Program-made: the position numbers and the translations under genes | Source: the human T2T-CHM13v2.0 reference genome, Homo sapiens | Strand: one strand, 5' to 3' | Assembly: GCF_009914755.1 (NCBI RefSeq) | Contig: NC_060927.1 | DNA: 64,000 bases | Part shown: in pieces, positions 28,919 through 46,767 of the stretch | Numbering within the stretch: position 1 is the stretch's first letter | Layout: every line of letters begins with the position of its first letter | Notes under the pieces: model-generated | Database searches by the model: none | The model's input: only the letters and a program-made list of their open reading frames with translations | What the model was told of the DNA's origin: nothing

Positions 28919-29618
28919 CATTGCCTACTCCTGGGGAGGGAAGTAGGAGCAAGTCCAGCCTCCTTACACCCAACCAAATACCTCGTGTTTTAACTTACAA
29001 GTGGGAGCTTATAAGTGGTAGGGTGGTTGGACTTTGCTGTATCTGTGATATTTTATTTCTTAAATTCTGAATCAAATATGCCTAATATTACTGCCTATTA
29101 ACACTGGTGACTGGTACATTGGTGTTATCAACATTAGTGTCTGCACTTCTGTTTTTGTATATTTAAATTATTTCATAATTAGGAATAGAAATATCTAGGA
29201 GAATGGATTGCCTTCAAATAATGCTTTTATCAGTACCCACTTATGACGTGCATTTTTCTTCCTCTTCTTTTTTCAGTTCTTATAAAGGTACAACTTTTAT
29301 ATATTTTTTTTCCTTCCTTTCAGTCCAGACATCAAAAGCTTTAATACACAGTGCTCTGGATCTTTTTCTATGAGATAAATACTTGTTTTCTAGCTGATTC
29401 TGTATCAATAGAAAATAGTATAGATGTATGTAATCATTTATGCATTTTTAAACTTACTGAAGCCATTTTCTTGCTGCTTTAATCTCTCATGCCTTAATGT
29501 TTAACACTTTTTTTTTTTTTGGTGTCAATGTGATCGCCTATGCGGTTTTCATAGTATTTATGTGTCGTGTATTTATAGTTGTGTTATTACATTTTATGTT
29601 ACTAAAATAATTTACAAA

Positions 29619-30003
29619 TAACTGTCTCATCTGTGTTCTGCATTCCTGTGGCACTCTTGTCCGTGCCCTCTCTAGGCTCAGTCAAGGAGAATCTCACTTT
29701 CTTCTTCACCCAGAAGAAGGAATCCTCCTCCCACCCCCTATCTTTTGTCATCACCCAGAGCATTTAAAGTTTGACACTCACCACACTTCTCAGAAGCTGT
29801 CAGGGACCTAATTTCTAAGCCTGTTGTCTTTTTCTCAGTTATCCTATTTCCTGACCCTCTTTGCAGCATTTGATATCATTGATTTCCCCTTATTGAAATC
29901 TGCTGTTTATATAGTGTAACCTTTGGCTCCTGTGTACCCCTGATATTTCTTCCTTTGCCAAGGCCGTTTGTTCATTTGCTCACTAAAGCCATCAGAACAT
30001 GCT
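29619..30003 (+). repeat. Local duplication copy A (~385 bp)
   Basis: Near-identical to 30696-31087; flanked by a 33-bp direct repeat at 29584-29616 and 30003-30035. Confidence 0.95.
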
Positions 30004-30338
30004 TATTACATTTTATGTTACTAAAATAACTTACAGCGTTTTACATCTTTAAAATATTTTATATTATTTACTAGTGTTATTTAATTCTCTCTGTCATCAG
30101 CCTCCTAGCTTTTCTTACCCAAGCAGAGCTGGATATTTTAGAACTTCTTTCACCCTGCCTATTGGGCTTGCCTTTCTGCCCCAGCACTGTGACTCCTTAG
30201 GGCTGGGTAAACAATGTCCTATGTTTCTAAGTCATAGACCTGTCCAGGGTGCCCTCGACTTCACAGAAGTTGCTGTTCTCTCTCTGTAATTGGCTACACT
30301 CCCCTTATTTCTCAGAAATCCTTCTTCTGCTTAGCTCC

Positions 30339-30673
30339 TGTGTTAGTCTGTTGTCTGCTGCTATAACAATACTACGTATTGAGTCATTTATAAAGAAAGG
30401 AAATTAATTTGGCTCATGGTTCTGGATTCTCTGAAGCTCAAGATGGAGGGGATGCATCTGGTGAGGCCTTCCTGCTGCATCATGGTGGAAGGGCAAGTGA
30501 GCATGTGAGACCAAGAGAAAAAGAGGGCCAACTTCTGCAGTAATACCATTAATTTGCTCACGAGGCCTTTGCTATCATGATCTAATCATCTCTCAAAGGT
30601 ACCACCTCTTAATGCCGTCACAATGGCAAATCAATTTCAAATGAATTTTGAAAGGGACACTCAAACCGTAGCA
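30339..30673 (-). mobile_element. Solo MaLR LTR (MLT1A/MST type)
   Basis: TGTGTTAGTCTGTT..TGCTGCTATAACA...GGCTCATGGTTCTGGA...GCATCTGGTGAGG...CAAACCGTAGCA. Confidence 0.8.
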
Positions 30674-30695
30674 GCTTTCTGTCAGATCCTATCGG

Positions 30696-31087
30696 TAGCT
30701 GTCTCATCCGTGTTCTGCATTCCTGTGGCACTCTTGTCCGTGCCCTGTCTAGGCTCAGTCAAGGAGAATCTCACTTTCTCCTTCACCCAGAAGAAGGAAC
30801 TCTCCCACCCCTTATCTTTTTTCATTACCCACAGCATTTGATGTTTGACACTCACCACACTTCTCAGAAGCTGTCAGGGACCTAATTTCTAAGTCTGTTG
30901 TCTTTTTCTCAGTTATTCTATTTCCTGACCTCTTTGCTTGCAGTTTTTGATATCATTGATTTCCCCTTGTTGAAATCTGCTGTTTATAAAGTACATTGTA
31001 ACCTTTGGCTCCTGTGTACCCCTGATATTTCTTCCTTTGCCAAGGCCTTTTGTTCATTTGCTCACTATAAAGCCGTCAGAACATGCT
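30696..31087 (+). repeat. Local duplication copy B (probable donor)
   Basis: CTGTCTCATC(C/T)GTGTTCTGCATTCCTGTGGCAC...TCAGAACATGCT is shared with copy A. Confidence 0.95.
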
Positions 31088-32846
31088 GCCATGCCCTATG
31101 GAAACACATCAGGGAACTCTCAGGAAGATTCCAGTCTAGGGGGAGGCTGAACAGAGGGACACTTCAAGGTATGACATGGGGTCATCATTGAAGGAGGAAG
31201 CACAGGAACACAGTGAGCACGTATCTAGTTTCAGAAATGGTGGCATCAGGGCAGCCTTCCTGGAGCATGTGATAGTGAAGATTGACAAATGAGTTGGCTT
31301 TAGCTAGGCAAAGAAGAAGGAAGGAGTTTTGGGGTGAGAGAGCTATAGGAACAGGCATCAAGACTGACACGAGAGGCTGTCACAGTGGGGGAAAATGGAT
31401 GGCCTAAGCTCTTGGGTAACATGATGGAATCTTGCCAATGAGTAAACGTTTACGTTACAAATGAGGACAGTGATGCTTAAAATGGTTAAGTGATTCATCA
31501 AAGGGCACCTAACACATAGCCAGACAGTATTCAAACTAATGTCTGATTGATTCCAAGCCAGGGCTCCCCTGCTCCTGAAAGAATGTGGGGGCAGCATGTT
31601 TTATATGAATGTGATCCTTTACACAGGCCCTTCAACATTTTGCTGGAGTCGCATCTTGAGAAGTCAGCCAGTGTTTTTTTTTCAAGAAAGGAATGTGCAT
31701 GTGTGTATGTTTGAGAGTATATATATTATTTTTGTTTTTGATCTGAGTTTTAAGGTTTTGCATGAGGTGGATGCCTTCAGTTTCTTCAGTTATCTTCCAG
31801 ATACTGTGGCATAGAGAACCTCCTTTTGATTTGCCAGTTTCTAAAAGTATTTAAAATGAGTTTCTGATTTTTTGACTCAGTTTTCTATCTCCTGCGTTGA
31901 TATCCAAAGAGAGATACAGAGTCGGACTATCATGAATGGTGATTACAACAGGTAACGTTAACCTATAAATGGTGGAAACTCTTCTGCAGGGAGAAACCCA
32001 GATCTGCTGCATGTGGTTTGGATGCCACACGCAGATCCCCTGGGGCCCCTGGCACAAGGAGAGCTCTGCTTGCTGCTGTTTGTCACCTTCAGCCAGTTTT
32101 CTCTGGCAGGAGATGTGAGCTCAAGATCAGGTCACTTGATCCTAACTCCTGCTGCTGTGACCCATCGACTTTACCTTCAGTTAGAATCCAGGTCAGTGAC
32201 CAACATGTGTTAATGTAACTTAAAATTGGCTGAATGGTGTGGCCACATACTTTCATTGAGGAGCTGTGCTAAGTTTTCACATTAGAAATATCTAAATATT
32301 CTTCTTAGGCTGAATTGCAGATACCCAAGAACTTCCTCCTCCACCAAAGCATAAATTCGGCCCTCTCTTGATTCCCTCTTGATCTTCGTATTCACAGTCT
32401 TTACAACCCATAAAGATAAAAGAAATCTGAATTTCTGCTACAAACAGATCCAACTCTTGATTATGTGTGAGAATGGTAAGGGGGGACGGATTAGGTTGGA
32501 TTTATAAACTGATAACGTCCAAACATAGTCTTTACTTTGTATTCTAATCGCTTCCCTCAAAACACTTTTGGCATAGCTTGTGGCAGACTGCAAGTCTAGC
32601 ATATTGGCATGTCTAAGAACTCCAGCCTGTCTTCACTTTGTGATTATGCAAATGGATCATGGGAGCTGTCAGTGGAGGGTGAGGTGTGGCATAGGCACCT
32701 CATGACCTCCAATGGATACATAGTCATGCAGTCTTCCCGAATGGCAAACTGGGGGCCAGGAAAATGGCCACCCACTATTAGCCTTTACTCTAGGGACTGC
32801 ATCTTGGTAGTCAGGATGGACCTGTAATTTTTTGCCTATAATGATT

Positions 32847-33044
32847 GGAATAGTCCAGGGTTTCTCAGCCTTGGTACTGTTAACTGTTTTTTTCGGTTTC
32901 AGTTCTTTGTGGGTAGGCTGTCTTGTGTATTGTTGGGTGTTTAGCCGCATCCCTGGCCTGTATCCACTAGGTGGCAGTAGAACGCCATGGTTTGTGCAAC
33001 CAGCCACGTCCCCACACATTTCTAAATTTTCTTGAGAACCACTG
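32847..33044. mobile_element. MER20 hAT-Charlie MITE
   Basis: CAGGGTTTCTCAGCCTTGGTACTGTT...GTTTAGCCGCATCCCTGGCCTGTATCCACTAG...TTGAGAACCACTG. Confidence 0.75.
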
Positions 33045-34366
33045 GAATGACCCCTTAATGGTAGGTATGTTTCAGATGATTTTGATACAGGAAGAGAATT
33101 TAGCTTTCTTGTTGGGGTCAGACCTTAACTGTAATTGAATAACTCATCAGCAGTAAGTAATCTGTATGCTAAGGTCTAGGAATGTGAAGTGTGCTTTATT
33201 TACTGCTCTGTTGGAATAGTGGACAGAGGACAGACAGTGCAGCATAATGATTACATGCATGCTTGTGGGATACAGTGGGCCTTGGCTACATGTATGGCGC
33301 TAGAATATTGCGATAATTATTAACTGCCTTTGTGTATCAGTTTTTACATGTCTAAAATGAGGGGAGAAGTAGTAGCTACCTCAGCTACATCTAGGGTTCC
33401 TGTTCCCATAAGAATCAAATACCTGGTGTGAGGCAGGCTGTGACTCAGTGGGAACATTGCGCGTACAGGGAGTGACTCAGCTGATAACAGAATAAACTAT
33501 CAGGCTCCTGACAGTTTCCCCTCTTCTTTAAGTTGATTTAAGTTGACGCTCTTCTACACTGAAATTCAGGGCTGCAGGAGGCACAGTAGACCCTTTGCAG
33601 AGTGCTCTGAGCTTCCTCCAGTATGTGGCCCAGCAGTGCTTGAACAAGGGACAAATTGGGAGAGGTTTTGCTTCTGATGATCCCTCTATTCTAGTCACAG
33701 GAAGTGGCACTCAACAACAGAGTGTATGTATGAAGTCCAGAGTGTTTCAGTTCTAATTTACCAGTCCCTACACAATGCTAATCTTTCATGAGAGTGGCAC
33801 AAAGCTCTGCATCACTCCTGGCTTCAGGGTTTTGGGAACCAATTCTTTTTTCTCCTGGAACTAGGTTGAGCTGCCTGAATTACTGAATTTTTTCCAGCCT
33901 GTTCTTCTGCAGCATTGTTTTGGAATATGTGGTCCTATTCCCTGGGGCCAGGCAAGGAAATGAATCCATGACCTCTTTTCGCCTCACTGAGATGGTATTT
34001 GCATTTCTCAGGCAAGCAGTACTCAGATCTGCAGATCATGGGGCTGTTAGACCATTAGTGGTTATCCTTTGCTGTGAAGATGAAGACAAATTTCCATGTG
34101 TGAGAAAACAACAGCTTTAACTGCTTAGCTGAATATCAACCACTTGTATGTTTGTTCAAGATTCAGGCTTATATAGCCAAAGGAAAAGAATATAAATATC
34201 CAGAATTTTAAGTGGGAGTAGAAATACTGTACAGAAGTGATTCCCATATACTCTCTAACCCAAAGTGTTGTATGTTTCCTCCCTGTTTTGTGTATTAATC
34301 CCTGTTAGAGGGTTCTTTGATTTTAATAAAACATACTGTGGTAATAACTTATAAATTCAGCAATTC

Positions 34367-34840
<474 letters not shown>

Positions 34841-34973
34841 TTAAACGAATTTGTGTTTTATTAACTAGAGCATGCAACAATGGAGCAACTGTATTAGTTG
34901 CAAACTTAGTAGGACTTAAGGGTGAAAGATGCACTTTTATGCAGCTTGAAGATGTTGTTCAAGTTGTATTTGA

Positions 34974-35336
<363 letters not shown>

Positions 35337-35859
35337 GGGATCTGTTCTTGAATATGCGTGTCTGTTTTAGAACATTCCACTTGTGATATTTCACCTTTCC
35401 CATGAATTTCAATAGAAGTCAGTCAAGTACAGTGTAAGAAAATAGTCTTATGTCTTGCCCTGCCCCAGGGGAGCTGTTAGATGCCATTTCATTATTGCCT
35501 CAGGTATAATACCTGTATGTAAAAAAATTCTGATAAACACTCCTTTCTCGTTATACTATACACTACACTTTGATGCTCATTGACATCCTTGGACTGTGAA
35601 ACGTGCCAGGACTAGTTTTGTTTTACTCCACGCTTTTTTTTTTTTTTTGAATGCACTTCCACTTCCTTCTAATGTTTCTTTGAACTCTATGTGTTATTGC
35701 TTTTCTCTTTTCTATTTTCAACGTCTCTTTCTAAGGGCTACTTCCCTTCAAACTTTAAACCTGCTCAAAGTCCTTAATAAAAAAAAGTAATAAAATCTGT
35801 ATGTCTGTAAGTCATGACACCCCAATAGCTGTAAACTTGCTCAAGCCATTTTTAAATAA

Positions 35860-36965
35860 CAAAAGTGAAACCCCCCTGCCAATGCAGAAGTAGTGACTTC
35901 CCACTGTCAGTGAGCTCATCTTGTTTGGAACTCTCACTAGCCACTGAAAGGAAACAGGGCTCCTTAAGAGAAATTACTGATTTCCGATCAGGTACAGGAA
36001 AAGTATAAGTTGAGTTGTGACATCTTTTGATCAGAAAGCAAGGAAGTGCTCAGACCGATTAGGAAATGCTAAAAAAGGACACAGAAGCCGACTTGAGGGC
36101 ACTCCTAGATCTGGGACAGTTTGGGCATTAATGAGAATGATAGCAACAGGTGAAAATACATTGAAAACCAAAACAAATTCAGGAGTTTATGGTGATATTA
36201 AAAGTACAGATTACAAAAAGGTAGGATGCAAATGAGAAAGCTCTTGTTTACAGGAGAATGCTGGCTAGTAAAGGTAGAAGAAGGGTAGAATTTAGGACAT
36301 CACCATTTTGCAACCTCAGTGTGATAACTGATTCAGGCAATAAGCTTCAATTGTGGCCAAAAGCCACTGGGTGAATGGGTGTGGGAGAATAGTATCTTTC
36401 AGTCTGAAAACATACTCCCCCATCATTTAGAGTAATAAAAAGTATACCTCTGAAGCAGAGAGATCTGGTGGTCACTGAATGATCCGACTTACCAAAAGTG
36501 AGATAATCTGGCATCGTATGCCTCCTGATATGATTTAGTTAGATGTACACAACATACTTTTGTAATAAACTGTATCAAAAATCTTCAATGAGCAATCAGA
36601 CAAATTTAGAATATGAAACATTTGATAAAGCAACCAGCCTTGGACTCTTTAAAAAAATCAATGCCACGAGAAACAAACATGATGGGCTGGAAGGGGACAG
36701 TCGTAGATTAAAACAGGCCAAAGAGAAATAACACCGTTAATGAGTGGTGATTGTTGGCTGGAGGGAATAGCCATACAAATTGTTTTGAGACAGTTGTATA
36801 ACTCTGAATACAGATTCTAGATTAGGTAATATTACTGAGTAATAATCTTCCCAGAAATATTGATGGTGTGGTTAAGCGAGAGAGTATTTAGAGATGCTTA
36901 TTGAAGTATTTAGAAGGGAAGGGTCATGATTACCTGCAACTTATTTTGAAAGTACTTCAGTACAA
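35860..36965 (+). mobile_element. Old L1M (L1ME/MC-like) 3' region, degraded
   Basis: A-rich degraded stretch with L1M-like motifs (CACCATTTTGCAAC, GAAGTATTTAG..GGTCATGAT..CTGCAACTTA); boundaries approximate. Confidence 0.45.
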
Positions 36966-37301
36966 GAAAACAAAGTGTTATGTTTGTATGTTTGTATAAA
37001 CTTGTGTATTCATGGGCTTTTTTTGCTGATATATGCATGCCTATATGCACATATACATGTATACACACACGTGTGTGTGTTGGTTTTGAGGGAAGGGTCC
37101 TGTGCTCCGTGCCTGACAGGTAACGAATGCCTAATAACAGTCTCCTGGGTGTCTCTGCTATTTTTCTTACCTTTCCTTCTTACTTTCCTGTGGGGTCTCC
37201 TCTGCCCATCCTTAAAATTGATGTTTCTTGTTCTATTCTTGGCCATTTTCTTTTCTCTTTCTATATACTCCTCTATGCCAAAGTAGTCTTTACTTAAAAC
37301 A

Positions 37302-37985
37302 TTGTTTGTAGCTCTTTGAGCAATCACAGTGTTGCTTTCCACAATGGTTGAACTCATTTACCCTCCCACCAATGTGTGGAAGTGTTCTCTTTTCTCTGCA
37401 ACCTTGCCAGCATCTGTTATTTTTTGACTTTTTAACGATAGCCATTCTGATTGGTGTGAAAACAGAACTACCATTTGACCCAGCCATCCCATTACTGGGT
37501 ATAAACCCAGAGGAATAGAAATCATCCTACCATTAAGACACATGCACATGAATGTTCATTTCAGCACTATTTCATAATAGCAAAGACATGGAATCAACTT
37601 AAATGTCCATCAGTGACAGATTGGATAAAGAAAATGTGGCACATATATGCCATGGAATACTATGCAGCCATAAAAAAAGAATGAGATCATGTCTTGTGGG
37701 AATATGGATGGAGCTGGAAACCATTATCCTTAGTAAACTAACAAAGGAACAGAAAACCAAATACCACATGTTCTCACTTATAAGTGGGAGCTAAATCATG
37801 AGAACTCATGGACACAAAGGGAACAGTAGACACTGAGGCTTACTTGAGGATGGAGGGTGGGAGGAGGGAGAGGAGCAGAAAGATAACTATTGGGTACTAG
37901 ACTTAGTACCTGACAAAAAAATCTGCAACAAATCCCTGTGGCATGAGTTTACCTATATAACCTTCAGATGTACCCTTGAAACTAA
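37302..37985 (+). mobile_element. 5'-truncated L1 (L1PB/old L1PA) with an inverted 5' segment
   Basis: 37302-37459 is antisense L1; 37460-37985 is sense L1 3' end continuing from the same point. Confidence 0.85.
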
Positions 37986-38514
37986 ATTTTTTTTAATATT
38001 GTTTAAAACCATCATCTGTAAAACAAAATTTTCTTTTCACCTTTCAAATATTCTTCTAACAGCTATTACCAGACAGTGTATGTGCTATTGGTGATAAAGC
38101 AATAAAAAAACACCAACATTGTCCCTGCCCTCTTGGAGCTCAGAGCCTGCTGTTCTGGCATCTGAGCAGCCCCATTTCTTTCCCCTCCTCCCCTGAACAT
38201 CTCTAGTTTCTGCAGATCTGGGTCATTTGCAGCTCTGGATGTTGACGAGCCCGGCTGCCTCACCTCCACAGGGTAGCACTCTCGTGCCCTCTGAGTTTAG
38301 TCATGCCTCACCTTGAGCTACGCTGTCTTGTCATCTCTTATTCTCATCACATTCTGTAGCAATAGCTACCATTCATTTTGAGTTTTGTGTTTTACCAAAC
38401 ACAGACAGTGTTAATTGCTTTTAAATATAGTCTTTCTTTTCAATGGAATGTTTGATACTTTGAAAAGACTACATGTAGTATAAGTTAAAGCACAACAAAA
38501 AGAACATAGCACTG

Positions 38515-38997
<483 letters not shown>

Positions 38998-40486
38998 TCA
39001 TGCTATATGTAATCTTTTAGGACTTTAAAACATAATGCTGAGTAGAGAAATTTAAAAAGTCTATCACTTTGGAAAGGGAATTGGAAATACTTGGTGAAGA
39101 TGAACATTCACTCACTCTGTAGCTGAGCATTTTAACTTTTAGGTGTATGCCCTAGAAAACTCCTGCAGATGCATGCCAGGAAGCATGTCCAAGAACACTC
39201 ATAGAAGCACTGTTTGTAATAGCAAAAATATGGAAATAACCCAGATGATTATTGACAGGAGAATGGGTAAAAAACCCATTATTTGCCTAGTGAAATTTTA
39301 TGCAGCAGTGAGACTGAATTAACTACAGTTAGTAACTTTCAAAGCTTCAAGTGGTCCTGACAAGATAGGAGTAATCCTGTTTTATACTGGAGGATAACAA
39401 AGCCTAGAGAGCTTGAATAAATTGTCTGTCTAGGTATTGCAAATAGTTACGTTGTAGAGCTGAGATTTGAATCGAGGTCATTGCCAGTTTACAGCCTTAA
39501 TCAATGGAAAATATTGCATCCTACTGAAAGTATTTGTTTTTACTAGCTTGTCTGTTTTACTGTGTTGGGAGAGAGCTTTGTATTTTCAGTTAACCCAGCA
39601 AATGGTTCATAGTAGGTGCTGTATAAACTTTCTGATGAATGACCAAAAATATCCTTATTTTACACAGGAAGAAAGATGAAGGGAGCTTAATGGGTTGAGT
39701 AAGTTCCCAGATATGGTAATCAGAGCCCCTACAACTAGGACCCAACCATTCGAAGCCTCAGTTACTGTAATATCCAACCTGTATGTTCTTAACTTGGTTG
39801 CATGCCTCTCTTCTAGTAAATGGCTGGGAGAAGCCTGGCATAAGTGATGCCCATATAATGTGGACTATCATTAACCCTGCTGTCAAGTTCCTTAGTCAGG
39901 GGTCACCATCACTCTCCTGGTGGGTAGCAGAAGCCTATCCTCAGCTGTGTGACTCTTTTACCTATAATAAGAATCTGTCCAGCCTGAAGCAGCAAACGTT
40001 CCAGCGAACTTTCTTCTATCTCTTCTATTTCTAACCACGTCATGGACGTGGTTAACTTGTAGAAAAAGCTCAGGCGTGTTTTTTTGTATGCGGTGGAGGT
40101 TGTGAAGAAAGCAGGGTAGCAGACACTTAGTGCCTTTGGCAGGCAAACCAATATTCCTTGTAGATGTAGATTATTAAGCTACTTAGGTATTTTGGTCCAG
40201 TGGAACAAAAATTCAAAATAAAAAGTAAAAGCTTAACCTACCCACTTGAGCTTTTTGGTCATCTAATGCCTGGCAGAACTCTGAGCAGGTGCATGTTTTC
40301 CTCAGTCTCATTAAATTGTGAAAGATTTCTGGACCTTTGTAAACTGATGGGGGCAGGGCCCTGCAAGCATGACCAGCTGAGTTTTGTCAAGCTCTGCATA
40401 AGAGTAGCAGGAATGTTCAGGTGAATGTGAATATTCCCTATAGTGGGGTTGAAGTTTGATTCTGAAAAGATCTAAAAGCAACTCAT

Positions 40487-40836
<350 letters not shown>

Positions 40837-41008
40837 TCAGTCTCTGGTACCTTTGTGTGGCTGCCACATGCTGGTCTCTGTTAAAATGTCACCTTCTCAG
40901 CAAGGCCTTTCCTGTTCATGGCATCTAACATAGCCATTCCCCCTATGTCGCATTCTCTAGCCTCTTACCACGTTTGTTTTCTCTTGTCTCCCTTTGTTGT
41001 TTAAAATA

Positions 41009-41088
41009 TTAGGTTGGTGCAAAAGTAATTGTGGTTTTTGTGATGACTTTCAATGGCAAAAACTGCAATTACTTTTGCACCAATCTAA
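41009..41088. mobile_element. MADE1 (Hsmar1-derived 80-bp MITE)
   Basis: TTAGGTTGGTGCAAAAGTAATTG...CAATTACTTTTGCACCAATCTAA inverted termini; TA duplication at 41007-8 and 41089-90. Confidence 0.95.
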
Positions 41089-41599
41089 TATTTTTTAACT
41101 TATTCTCCTCTCCCCCTATTCTTACATACAGCCCTTCTTAAAGGTAAGCTTTGCCAGACCAGAATTTATTTCTCTTGTTAACGGCAAAATTAGGAGGTCC
41201 CAGAATAGAGCTTGCTCTACAGTTAGAAGCTCAATGAATATTTATGGAATTTCAGAATGAACTTACTTATACAACTTTGGTCAAATTAAGGATTTCCTTA
41301 ACTGTCAAATGATGAGTTTGTTCAGCACTTCTAGAGTTTTAAAATGTACTTTTATATTTTGAATTGCCACTTCAATGTGCATAGTAGATTAACATATATA
41401 GATATCCTTTTAAATCTCTGGATCACAGAATTAGAATAATCATAATTCTTGATTCAGGAAGCATTCTTGTTATGCAGCATTCAAGCAAGGATGACTTTTT
41501 ACAGATTTATTTTGTTATTCTTAACGATGTTAATAATCTCCTTCAGACTCAGTAACCAAAACGAAAGCCAAGACCTTGACAGTAAGCAGCTGCTCTTGT

Positions 41600-44791
<3,192 letters not shown>

Positions 44792-46644
44792 GCTAAAATA
44801 CATTTATCTATATTTTCTGATAAGAGATTTTGTTATGGTTGTTAGTTTGCTTGTTTTAGCACTCCAGCTCTTAAGCTATTAAATATATGTATTATACTGG
44901 ACTGTCTATAAATATCAAAAAAGGACACCACATTTTATGAAGAGTAATTAAATTTAAAAATACATGAAACTTCCCAAGTTCATTTTTGTAACTTGTACAG
45001 AACACATATCTTTCACTTTGTTTTCTTGAGCATTTTTAAGGTTGTTTATCTACCCACCAGATGTGTGAATCAAACAGGAAGTAATCCTGATGTCTTTCTC
45101 CCACCTTTTTTTTTTTGTGTGTGTGTGTATGGCCACCACCTGTGGGTCTCACAGCCCCTGACCTGTAATTCCAGGCTCCGTAACTGTCAGGACCATTGTT
45201 CTGGCCAGGAAGGAGTGGCCCCGTTTTTTAGAGTGTAGATTACTTAAGGTAGTAGGTAGTCAATGGGCCTGTGTCAATAGATGTTCACTACCTGTGTACT
45301 GACACGACGCCCAGTTTTTTGTGGGAATGATGGCAGGTAAATTGGGAGAGGTACTCCTTACCCTTTATTTCTGTGATTTCTTTTTTGGACCTCTGACTCT
45401 CAGATTACAGCTCAAGCAGTTTCCAGTGGGATTTTACACTTTTATCCTAATAAGTTATTAGCAGGGATGGGAAGGAAACTCCATTTTAATTGAATAGCTG
45501 CTGCGTGCCAGGTACTAGCATGTCTTGTTTAGTTTCTCAGCAGCTGTTTGGCTTTATCTGTTTTAAAATTTATTTAATAGGAAGTGGGACAGAAGAGGGT
45601 CACAGAGGTGAAAGAGCTAAAAAACAAAACAAAAGGTGTAGCTCAAGATCATGGCAGATTCAAATCTAGTTGTTTATCTTTAAGCATCTCCTTTATCTAC
45701 CATGCAAGATTGCTTCTATGAAAATCTGAGTCCCAATAATATTGACTATTTTATACAGTGTGATTATTGCTGCTGTTATGTAAATATCCAGTCAAGGGAC
45801 TGACCAGTTTTGTGCACTCTTGCATCTAACTTGTATTTATATATTAATCATGGTTTTTATTGGACCTGGTCATTTCCTTAGGTCAGAGACAAGGAGTGAT
45901 AGGTGAAAGGGTAGTGGATTTGAAGCCAGATGACTTTATTCTTCAAGTACCATGCTTGGTCTTGATTAGCTGTGTCATCTTGCCTGAATCACTGAACCTC
46001 TCTAGAACCCTATTTGCTAATTGGTGAAACAGGGGCAAGAATAGAAGGCCTTTTCCAGTGTCTCCTGGTTGCCAAAAACATCCAGTGAGATGAGAGTATC
46101 TGTGTAAAGGCTTTAAAAACGGGGGACTATACTCATGGGAGTTTAGTACTTGTACTTGGAAGTGTTAGTTAGAAGTCTTAGATCTCACTATCACATAAAA
46201 ATTATGTAAAATATCATTAGTGGTTTTCTCCTTGCCCTTTGGCATCTGGGATTGCCTTTTGAGACTATATCTCTTTAGTTGGTTGAGTGATCAAATTGTT
46301 GATATTTTACAATTTTTTACCTTCAAAAATGGCAATACCAAAGGTTATTAGTAAAATTACAAATGTTAAAATATATGTATTTGTATCAATATCAAAGAGT
46401 ATGGCAAAAGGCAAGTAAGCCTAGATTTTATTGTAGTTTTCAAAACAAACTTTTACTCTTGATTTTTTTCTCCTCAGGCTATCTTGAATTCCATGTGTTG
46501 ATCCCTAGCGACTTATTAAATGTTTTGTGTTGAAGAAACACTAAAGGCAGTGAAGCATCTTCCCCTATAATGGATGGGACTGATGGACTGATGTGGAGAG
46601 ATGCAAATGCTAGTCTAGTCATTTTAATTATGTTAACTGGAATA

Positions 46645-46760
46645 CATATGCACACACACTTTCACAGTGGGTTATATATATGTGTGTGTGTATATACACA
46701 CACAGTAGGATATTTTATATATGTATATACACACATATATACACATACACACATACATAA
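46645..46760. repeat. (TA)/(CA)/(TG) low-complexity repeat
   Basis: Alternating purine-pyrimidine runs. Confidence 0.75.
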
Positions 46761-46767
46761 TTTTTTT

